DNA of 64,000 bases from a virus. Both the position numbers and the translations under genes were made by a program. How positions within the stretch are numbered: the first letter of the stretch is position 1; each line of letters begins with the position of its first letter. The DNA lies in the IMG/VR virus record IMGVR_UViG_3300046796_000243, positions 4,373 to 68,372 of that record; one strand, written 5' to 3'. Shown piece by piece: positions 27,832 through 35,700 of this stretch. Below the pieces are notes generated by a model. The model saw only the letters and a list, made by a program, of their open reading frames with translations, did not search any database and had not been told where the DNA came from.

Positions 27832-29402
27832 TGGCCGATATCCCCGCCGCCCCAATCATGGCTCGACCCGTTGTGGTCGTCTCCGGCCCCGCCGGTCCGA
27901 CTGGCGTGGGTGGTATTGGTCCGACCGGTCCCGCCGGGGGACCGACCGGAGCTGCCGGGCCGACGGGAGCGCAGGGTGATGTCGGTAATTACGGGCCAGT
28001 AGGCGATACCGGTTATACCGGGCCGCGGGGGCTGACCGGACCGATCGGGCCGCAGGGGGTGCTGGGTCCGTCCGGGCCAACCGGCTCTCCCGGACAGGCA
28101 TCGGCGACCGGTGCCACAGGCCCTTTAGGATTGACGGGGCCGTCGGGTCCGACCGGCGCGCCGGGTTTGGCGTCGGCGACCGGCTCTACCGGGCCAACTG
28201 GGGGCGTCGGCGGGGCTGGCCCTCAAGGACCAACCGGTAACACCGGGTTCACGGGTCCGCAGGGGCTGCTTGGGCCGTCGGGGCCGACTGGCGTGCAGGG
28301 GCTGATCGGCCTGACCGGTCCCTCCGGGCCGACTGGTGCAATCGGGCCACAGGGCGTGACCGGGGGCACCGGACCCACGGGGGTGACCGGCTTCGGCGCC
28401 ACCGGGCCGTCCGGGGTGACCGGGATGACTGGTCCGCAGGGCCAGGTTGGCAATATCGGCAACGCGGGTCCGACCGGGCCGACCGGGTTGACGGTCATCG
28501 GCCCCCAGGGACCGCAGGGAATTGGCGGCTTCACCGGCTACACCGGACCGACCGGGTTCACGGGTTACACCGGCGCTGCCGGCACCGCGGTGACCACCGG
28601 GGCGACGGGACCGACCGGGCCAGGCGTTGGCGCGACCGGGCCGACCGGGCCGATCGGACCACTGGGCACCGGTCCTACCGGCATCGCCGGTTTCAACGGT
28701 GTCGACGGGCCGATCGGGGCAACCGGGGCAACCGGACGAACTGGGCCATCCGGGGCAACCGGGGCACAGGGCATAACCGGTCCGACCGGCGCCAAGGGTG
28801 ATATCGGCCCGCTGGGGATCGGTCCAACCGGTCACACCGGTCCGAGCGTGACCGGGCCGACCGGCAATACCGGGATCACCGGTCCTGTCGGGCTGACCGG
28901 GCCGACAGGTTCGAGCCTGACCGGGCCGACGGGGCCAGTAGGTTCGGCATCCACCGGAGCGACCGGGCCGACCGGGATCAGCGGCAACAAGGATGCCTTC
29001 CGCGCCAAGATGGCGTCGAACCAGACCAACGTGGTCGACAGCGTCAACACCAAGCTGGTGTTCGGCACCAAGGTGTTCGACATCAACAACAAGTATGATT
29101 CGACCAACTCACGTTGGACCCCGGCAGCGGGTGCCGTGATCCTGGGCGCGGCGATCAGCATCCAGGCTACCCTGGCCAAGAACACGCTGCCGCAGGTGCT
29201 GATCTACAAGAATGGTACCGTGATCGCACAGAACGGTTCAACCACGGTCGCCGGCACCACCAACGCGCAAGTCGGCGTCGTCGACCAGGCCAGTGGCACG
29301 GATTATTACGAGTGTTACGCCAACGTGAACACGTCCGGCAGCGGCAACGCCACCATCCTGGCGGTCAACTTTGTGACGATGTTCTGGGGAGCGGTGTTCT
29401 GA
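27831..29402 (+). CDS. collagen-like fibre protein 3 with C1q/BclA-C-like domain
   Basis: Very long GXT run; AFRA...KLVF...FD...[11 protein letters not shown]1q-like C-terminus. Confidence 0.88.
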   Translation: MADIPAAPIMARPVVVVSGPAGPTGVGGIGPTGPAGGPTGAAGPTGAQGDVGNYGPVGDTGYTGPRGLTGPIGPQGVLGPSGPTGSPGQASATGATGPLGLTGPSGPTGAPGLASATGSTGPTGGVGGAGPQGPTGNTGFTGPQGLLGPSGPTGVQGLIGLTGPSGPTGAIGPQGVTGGTGPTGVTGFGATGPSGVTGMTGPQGQVGNIGNAGPTGPTGLTVIGPQGPQGIGGFTGYTGPTGFTGYTGAAGTAVTTGATGPTGPGVGATGPTGPIGPLGTGPTGIAGFNGVDGPIGATGATGRTGPSGATGAQGITGPTGAKGDIGPLGIGPTGHTGPSVTGPTGNTGITGPVGLTGPTGSSLTGPTGPVGSASTGATGPTGISGNKDAFRAKMASNQTNVVDSVNTKLVFGTKVFDINNKYDSTNSRWTPAAGAVILGAAISIQATLAKNTLPQVLIYKNGTVIAQNGSTTVAGTTNAQVGVVDQASGTDYYECYANVNTSGSGNATILAVNFVTMFWGAVF

Positions 29403-29527
29403 TGGAAGATGAAATCTGGGTGCCCGAGGAAAACCGGACTATTGTCATCGTCGGAGACGATTTCGAGATCGAGATACCCGGCGAGGTATGTGTGATCGAG
29501 GTACAGGAAGATGGCACTGCTAGGTAG
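29402..29527 (+). CDS. small acidic protein
   Basis: Coupled start [16 protein letters not shown]. Confidence 0.55.
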   Translation: MEDEIWVPEENRTIVIVGDDFEIEIPGEVCVIEVQEDGTAR

Positions 29528-29792
29528 CAAACAACATACCGAAGGCGACAGCAGGCGCTGGACGGTCAAGTACGAGAAATGGTTGGCGAATGGCGCCAAT
29601 ATCGACCAGATCGACGTGCAATCCGATTCGGTCACCTGTACCGTCGGTACCGCCACCATCCTGGGGCCGGACGTGTATTTTCTGTTGACGGGTGGTGAGC
29701 TGAACGAACGTCTGACGGTCACGTTAGTCATGGCCGACAACCTGGGTAACATCAAACGCGACACGATCGCCTTCACGGTTGTGCCGGCATAG
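29511..29792 (+). CDS. fibre-tail adaptor-like protein
   Basis: D.RRWTV.Y.KWL...LTGG...DTI.F pattern. Confidence 0.65.
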   Translation: MALLGSKQHTEGDSRRWTVKYEKWLANGANIDQIDVQSDSVTCTVGTATILGPDVYFLLTGGELNERLTVTLVMADNLGNIKRDTIAFTVVPA

Positions 29793-29801
29793 GAGGAGAG
29801 C

Positions 29802-30302
29802 ATGAAAGAACGCGCCGAACTGGAATCGATGACCAAGGACGAGCTGGTTGCCTACGCCGACGAGCAGGGGATCGAGGTCAGTGCCCACTGGGTCAAGGAC
29901 GACATCATCAAGGAAATCGTGAAGGGCCAGAAGGCCGCGGCCAAGGCTGAAGCCAAGGCCGAGCCGGACAAGGCCGATTCAACCAAGCAGCACGAAGCCA
30001 ACATCGCCAAGTTCGAGGCTGAAACCACCGCAGCCATGGAGAACCAGGAGATCGCCAATTTCCACGGTCTGCCGAAGGAAGGCGAGACGCGCGAGCAGCT
30101 GCTGGCCCGCATTCGCAAGATGCGTGAGGCCCCGCCGCCCGAGCCTGAAGCCAAAGTCCATCGTTCCGAGGCGGCGCAGAAGGAATTCGACGCCGAACTG
30201 GCGGCGGGCAAGGCCGCGGTGGCCAAGGCCGAGGAAGCACAGAAGAAATATCAGGAGCACCTGGCAAAGGAAGCCGAGGGGGAAAAAAATCCGGCTGGGT
30301 AG
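29802..30302 (+). CDS. HeH/Rho-N-like domain coiled-coil protein
   Basis: MTKDELVAYADEQGI...KDDII; AGGAGG RBS. Confidence 0.7.
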   Translation: MKERAELESMTKDELVAYADEQGIEVSAHWVKDDIIKEIVKGQKAAAKAEAKAEPDKADSTKQHEANIAKFEAETTAAMENQEIANFHGLPKEGETREQLLARIRKMREAPPPEPEAKVHRSEAAQKEFDAELAAGKAAVAKAEEAQKKYQEHLAKEAEGEKNPAG

Positions 30303-30410
30303 GCCGGTGACTGAGGGTTGGATGGAGCCTGTGTACCACCCCAACCCCAGCCAGGATCAGGAATTCCCCACGACCGGTTCTACACTGGGCAAGAACAGGA
30401 CGGGCTATCG

Positions 30411-32699
30411 ATGACTGCTTATAAAATCGATAAATTCGGGGGGATGTTGCCTGCCTGGCACACGAACCTGCTTCCCGAAGGCCAGGCGGATTATTCCGTC
30501 AACGCCTATTTGTTCTCCGGCGCGCTGGTTGGCTGGCGGCAACCGAAGCTGCTGAAGGCGCTGCAGGATCCGACCGCCAAATATGTCTACCGGGTGCCGA
30601 ACCGCGACTCCAGCGACAACGGCATCACGGCAACCGACTCGCACTGGATGGAATTCCCTGACCCGGACACCACGGTGATGCACTCGCCCGTGGTTCAGGA
30701 TCAGTGGCAACGCTACTACTGGGCCTCCTCCTCTGATGTACCAAAGTACAATACCTACGACCGCATCAGGGCGGACCAGCATCCGTGGGTGCTGGGCGTG
30801 CCGGCGTCGGGCTGCACGCCCGGTGTCACCGTTACCGGTGGCGGCGACACCATGCAGATCGGCAATCCGACGGTGCCGGCGGACGGTGGCGGCGGCTACA
30901 GCGATTACCATCCCGGCAACGGACTGTTCCTGATTCCGATCGTGCCCGACGGTTCGATGCTGGTCACTTCCGTCGGCTTCATGCCGGCGTCGACGGACGC
31001 GGCGATGCACTTCCAGGCGGTGGTCTACACCGACCTCAACGGGGCACCGCATACGCTGATCGAAACAGGCGAGGAAGTTACCGGCATCACCGAAGGTTCT
31101 TCCGCCACCAGCCTGTTCACCAACGGGCCTTCGGTAATAGCCAACAAGACGTACTGGATCGGCATCGCGCACGACAACCCGATGAGCGTGATCGTCGCCG
31201 ACGCACGACTCACCAACGGCGTCATGGGCAGCAACACCTACTCCAACGATCCGCCAGATCCGGTATCGGCGACCGGGCCGCATCCGGGCTGGCAGATGTG
31301 GACCGACATGCTGGGTGCTTCGGTGTTTGAGGCAAGAGGCTACGTCTACACCTGGGTCACCGAGTATGGCGAGGAGGGTCCGCCGTCGGAGCCGGTGCTG
31401 GTCAACGGCTGGTCGAACGCGACCTGGACCGTCGAGTGCTTCCAGCCGCTGCCGGAGAACCTTGGCGCGGACTGGCTCGATCCGGTCGACAGCGTGGTCA
31501 AACCGGCCAAGCGCAACATCACCACCACAAGGCTCTATCGCACCATTTCCAACCAGGCCGGGCAGGGCACCTACTTCTTTGTCGCTGAATTCCCGGTTAG
31601 TCAGGCGACCTATGTCGATACCAGGCCGGATGATGAAGTGGCGATCGAAGCCCAGCTCACGTCCCTGTACTGGTTCGCGCCCCCGGAAGACCTGCAGGCG
31701 ATCGTGCCGTTCCCGAATGGCATCGCGGTCGGCTTCCGCAAGAACGAAATCTGGTTCAGCGAGGCCTATCGGCCGCATGCCTGGCCGCCGGGTTACGTCA
31801 TCACGACCGAATTTCCGATCGTTGGTATTGGCGTTTGCGGCCAGGCGATCGTGGCCTGCACGCAAGGAACGCCCTATGTCGCCAACGGCGTCAATCCGGC
31901 CTCGATGGCGTTGACCAAGATCAATCTGGCCGAACCCTGTCTCCATAGGGGATCCATCGTTTCGACGGATACGACCGTACTTTACGTTTCGCAGAACGGC
32001 TTGATCCAGGTCAGCCAGTCCGGCGCCGGCGACAACATGACCGAAGGCTGGATCAGTCGCGAACGCTGGCAGAAGCTGACGCCGCATCTGCGCGTGCGCG
32101 CCATCAAGCTGACGTCGGCCTACTTTGCCTTCGGCGGCGATCCGATTCGCGATGGTTTCACAGTAGAATTATCGGCCGAGGACAAGACCTCCTTCACCAT
32201 CTGGCCACAGGCGGGCGGGCATCGGCTGGGCTTCAACAAGCTGACGTCGCCGAACGAGTTCGACATCGACAATGTCGAGGTCGACCCGTGGACCGGCACC
32301 GGCCTACTCGTTCAAAATGGCGGTATTTGGTATTACGACTTCACCGACCAGTCGCCGACCATCGTGCCGTATCGCTGGCGCTCGAAGACCTACCAGCAGC
32401 TGGCGCGCAAGAACTTCGAAGCGATCCGGGTCTGGTTCACGGTGCCGGACACCACGCCGCCGCAAATAACAAGGGATGTCTCCAACCCACAACTGGAGCT
32501 GGGCGACAACCAGTATGGCATTGTGCGGGTGTTCGTCGACGGCGAAATCTGGACCACGCGCGAGATCCGCTCTTCCGGCGAGCTGCTGCGCATCCTTAGC
32601 GGCATCAAGGGCGAGCAGTGGCAGTTCGAGATCGAGGGCCGGGTCAACGTCTCCAATCTGCAGGTCGCAACTTCAGTCAAGGAGCTGGCACAGGTATGA
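30411..32699 (+). CDS. tail tubular B / DNA stabilisation-like protein
   Basis: FGGM N-term, YVYTWV..YGEEGPPS, FSEAYRPHAWP, WRSK C-term. Confidence 0.8.
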   Translation: MTAYKIDKFGGMLPAWHTNLLPEGQADYSVNAYLFSGALVGWRQPKLLKALQDPTAKYVYRVPNRDSSDNGITATDSHWMEFPDPDTTVMHSPVVQDQWQRYYWASSSDVPKYNTYDRIRADQHPWVLGVPASGCTPGVTVTGGGDTMQIGNPTVPADGGGGYSDYHPGNGLFLIPIVPDGSMLVTSVGFMPASTDAAMHFQAVVYTDLNGAPHTLIETGEEVTGITEGSSATSLFTNGPSVIANKTYWIGIAHDNPMSVIVADARLTNGVMGSNTYSNDPPDPVSATGPHPGWQMWTDMLGASVFEARGYVYTWVTEYGEEGPPSEPVLVNGWSNATWTVECFQPLPENLGADWLDPVDSVVKPAKRNITTTRLYRTISNQAGQGTYFFVAEFPVSQATYVDTRPDDEVAIEAQLTSLYWFAPPEDLQAIVPFPNGIAVGFRKNEIWFSEAYRPHAWPPGYVITTEFPIVGIGVCGQAIVACTQGTPYVANGVNPASMALTKINLAEPCLHRGSIVSTDTTVLYVSQNGLIQVSQSGAGDNMTEGWISRERWQKLTPHLRVRAIKLTSAYFAFGGDPIRDGFTVELSAEDKTSFTIWPQAGGHRLGFNKLTSPNEFDIDNVEVDPWTGTGLLVQNGGIWYYDFTDQSPTIVPYRWRSKTYQQLARKNFEAIRVWFTVPDTTPPQITRDVSNPQLELGDNQYGIVRVFVDGEIWTTREIRSSGELLRILSGIKGEQWQFEIEGRVNVSNLQVATSVKELAQV

Positions 32700-33079
32700 G
32701 CAACGCACCCTTTTGTCCGGTTAGCCGTAATGGTCCGCTGCAGTCGTCAAAGACGGCGCAACCGCCGGCGGCTACTATTCCGACGATTCCGCCGGCGCAC
32801 GATCTGCGTTCGGTGATCAACGCCATCAACCAGATGAACAGCGTGATCCAGCACATCACGATCGGCGTGCCGGTCATCAACAATATCGGCACCCCCCCGG
32901 TGCAGCAGCCGACCTACGGCTATAAGCGGGTGACCTGGAAAGAGGTGTCGCGCAACTACCAGGAGCAGGAAGTAATCAACCCGGATAACAAGGACCAGAA
33001 GATCAAGATCAAGACACTTTCACAGGTCAACTGGATCGAATCGACTTCCGGGCACCAGCTCACTTACCAGAGTACATAG
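32696..33079 (+). CDS. tail-associated protein, paralog 1
   Basis: APFCPVSR...PTIP.AHDL.S.INAIN. Confidence 0.7.
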   Translation: MSNAPFCPVSRNGPLQSSKTAQPPAATIPTIPPAHDLRSVINAINQMNSVIQHITIGVPVINNIGTPPVQQPTYGYKRVTWKEVSRNYQEQEVINPDNKDQKIKIKTLSQVNWIESTSGHQLTYQST

Positions 33080-33081
33080 CC

Positions 33082-33582
33082 ATGCCGACCTATTTTGGCC
33101 CGATCGCACCGTACTGCCCGATCAGCCGGGACTCGCCGCTTGGGCCGGAAACCTGGGCGCCGTCGATCCGCACCGTGATCCCGCGCGCCTACGACCTGGC
33201 TTCGGCACTGCTTGCGGTCAACATCGCGCGCTCTATCGTTACCCAGCTGGTGATCGACAAGGTCATCAACAACGTCCACACCCCGCCGCCGCCGAAGACG
33301 GTCAAGAAGACGCGAACCTCGCGCTGGAAGCAGGGCACACCGGTCAAGCGCAAATACAAATATTACCTGAAGGACGAGAACGGCGAAAAAGACAAGGATA
33401 GCTGGGTGATGACGGAGCGGATCGAAAACCTGACCTGGACTGATCGGGCCTGGCAGACCTCGCTGAACTTCACCTATGGCGACAAGGGTGACGAGGGCGA
33501 ACCGGTTGGTGGCGGTGGTGCCGCCACCGGCGGTGCGGACTTCGATACGGGTGATTTCAATACGGGTGACTTTAGTCAATGA
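33082..33582 (+). CDS. tail-associated protein, paralog 2
   Basis: APYCPISR...IPRAYDL.S.L.AVN. Confidence 0.7.
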   Translation: MPTYFGPIAPYCPISRDSPLGPETWAPSIRTVIPRAYDLASALLAVNIARSIVTQLVIDKVINNVHTPPPPKTVKKTRTSRWKQGTPVKRKYKYYLKDENGEKDKDSWVMTERIENLTWTDRAWQTSLNFTYGDKGDEGEPVGGGGAATGGADFDTGDFNTGDFSQ

Positions 33583-34097
33583 ACGCGCCGTTTTGCCCAA
33601 TCAGTCGAAACCAGCAGCCTACCGGGGGCGCGCGAACGCCTGCGGCCCTGCTGCCGACGATCCCGATCGCCACTGACCTGCCGTCGATGATCCGCGCCGT
33701 CAACATCATGCGCGATATCCTGCGCACGCTGACGACGTCGCTGACGGTCAACAACATCTGGGAACAGCAATACGGCAACACTTACATCCTGTCGCCCTAT
33801 CCTGACTGGGCGCAAGTCGGTGCCGACAACGTGACGGGGTTCGTCTACTACAAGGCCAAGAATAAGCCGCCCGATCCCGACCAGCGCGCCTACGTCCAGC
33901 GCACCAACGCGGTCGAGTTTCGCAATACCCAGCGCGGCGAAGATCCGACGTTCTTCTGGCGGCTCAAGAAGCCGCTGGATTCCGAGTACGGCGACAGCAA
34001 AGGGGTGACGCCGTTCCAGGAAGATTTCTTCGAGCGCGTGGTCAACGTGAAGTGGGGCGACGGGCTTGCCGTGGTGTTTTACGATGGGGCTGAATGA
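33579..34097 (+). CDS. tail-associated protein, paralog 3
   Basis: APFCPISR...PTIP.ATDL.S.I.AVN. Confidence 0.7.
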   Translation: MNAPFCPISRNQQPTGGARTPAALLPTIPIATDLPSMIRAVNIMRDILRTLTTSLTVNNIWEQQYGNTYILSPYPDWAQVGADNVTGFVYYKAKNKPPDPDQRAYVQRTNAVEFRNTQRGEDPTFFWRLKKPLDSEYGDSKGVTPFQEDFFERVVNVKWGDGLAVVFYDGAE

Positions 34098-35638
34098 TGA
34101 GTTATCTGCTGTTGCCCAAAGGACTTGATGTCGAGGCAACTGCTGGTGCCAAGGGTCCGATCGGTCCGACGGGGCCGATCGATACGGATGCCGGCGAAAC
34201 AGAAGCACCGACAGGGCCAACCGCACCGGATCCTGCTGATCCTGACGGACTCAACAAGGCGACGATCTCGCTGTTTTTTCGGATACCAAGCCGGACTTAT
34301 GACTTAGGGAAGTCGATTTTACTGTGTGCCTTTGGCAAAGGGCAGCAGGAAACCCCCTTGACGCCAATCGTAGAAAATCTTCCTGGTCCCGTGACACCTG
34401 TTTTTAATTATCCTTACGGCACCCCGGTAGATCCTGGCCCACTCTGTTTTGCGACCACCGGTTTTACGGAAGGAGAAAAAAGCGATCTACCTCCATGTTC
34501 CATTGCCGTGGAATGGACTGAATTCAATACGGCTGTCCTGGTCTTCAATTTCCAAACCAAGGGCATCGCCACCGGAGTCGGGCTTTCTGTTTCCGACAAA
34601 ACGGCTTCTGAAGTGATGTTTCCCGAGTGGCCAGCTAATCTAAATGAGCTGCTACAAACCAATGGTTCTGGCTGGATTCGGCAGGACTGGTTCTGGATCG
34701 ATAAACCCAGCAGCATCGTTATTGCGATATATAATCACGTCGTCCGAGCTTCCGGTCTTTCGGATCTCAGCAACGACGTGCTGAAAGCCAAGCCGGAATT
34801 CTATCATGTCAAAACCATACACCCCATCACGCCAGATCGCTGGCATCATCTGTTGCTGTCGTTCGATCTGTCGCCTGAAATTGTTACCCGTGGTCCACCG
34901 CTTGAAGAGGGTCGTGATGGCCCGATAGGTAGCGGCTGGGACAATGTCTGGGAGGGTACATATGGATACGCCAAGCTGTGGTACGCGATCGACGACGTCG
35001 ACTATCGTGGTCGCGCCAAAGAACTAAATGATCGCGGCGACGTGCAATATCATTTAGGCCCCTATTGCGTTGATCACGACAGTTCGCTGACAGAATTGCT
35101 GATGCTCCGCGGATTCGGAGGAGGCCCCAAGCCGATGGGCGATCCAAACGGCATCCTGACCAAGGCGGGATGGGAAGTCCCTTATCATGGTTCCTCCGCT
35201 ACGACCCTTGGCAATCAGCTGCTCATGACCCCGGTCTATAATTTTTCCAACAGCACGCTGCCGGTCAAGGATGCCGAGTTGGGGATCCCGTCCATATCGG
35301 CTTACGTCGATGAGATTCATGAGGTCGATATGGCCGAACTGCAGTTCTTTGCCGGTGTCGCGCTGGACACCGGCAAGGAGTCCAACCGCCGCATCTTCAT
35401 AACCAAGGACGGCAAGCCGGTGTACGCGGACCAGAAAGCGGATGCCAACCATCCCAACAGCGGCTCGATCGAGCGGTTGGGCAAGGAGCCGGAGATCTAC
35501 CTGCACAAGACCAAGAACTGGAAAACCGGCAAGAACCTGGGCACCGCCGGTGACTTGACGCCGACCGGCAAGATCGATCGGTTCAAGCCCGAGCCGAGCC
35601 TGCATGGCGACCAGACGGCCGTCCCGCCGAACCGTTAA
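34094..35638 (+). CDS. putative tail protein, LamG-like, with short GPT remnant
   Basis: GPIGPTGP N-term, WHHLLLSFD, conserved-looking C-term; lower-GC middle. Confidence 0.65.
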   Translation: MMSYLLLPKGLDVEATAGAKGPIGPTGPIDTDAGETEAPTGPTAPDPADPDGLNKATISLFFRIPSRTYDLGKSILLCAFGKGQQETPLTPIVENLPGPVTPVFNYPYGTPVDPGPLCFATTGFTEGEKSDLPPCSIAVEWTEFNTAVLVFNFQTKGIATGVGLSVSDKTASEVMFPEWPANLNELLQTNGSGWIRQDWFWIDKPSSIVIAIYNHVVRASGLSDLSNDVLKAKPEFYHVKTIHPITPDRWHHLLLSFDLSPEIVTRGPPLEEGRDGPIGSGWDNVWEGTYGYAKLWYAIDDVDYRGRAKELNDRGDVQYHLGPYCVDHDSSLTELLMLRGFGGGPKPMGDPNGILTKAGWEVPYHGSSATTLGNQLLMTPVYNFSNSTLPVKDAELGIPSISAYVDEIHEVDMAELQFFAGVALDTGKESNRRIFITKDGKPVYADQKADANHPNSGSIERLGKEPEIYLHKTKNWKTGKNLGTAGDLTPTGKIDRFKPEPSLHGDQTAVPPNR

Positions 35639-35649
35639 CTATTCCTTAG
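35635..35649 (+). promoter_or_regulatory. CtrA-type box upstream of internal virion genes
   Basis: TTAA-CTATTCC-TTAG, one base different from the 17715 box. Confidence 0.65.
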
Positions 35650-35700
35650 TATTTTGCTGTCACCTTGGACCGGTCCAGTCATCTTCGGGGCCGTAAACAC

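Noticed and set aside
19149-29185. Antisense ORFs with PVGPV repeats
   Set aside because: Mirror translations of the GPT collagen codons
30303-30410. Hairpin-containing gap as an ncRNA
   Set aside because: Could equally be an N-terminal extension of the 30318 ORF; no recognisable RNA family
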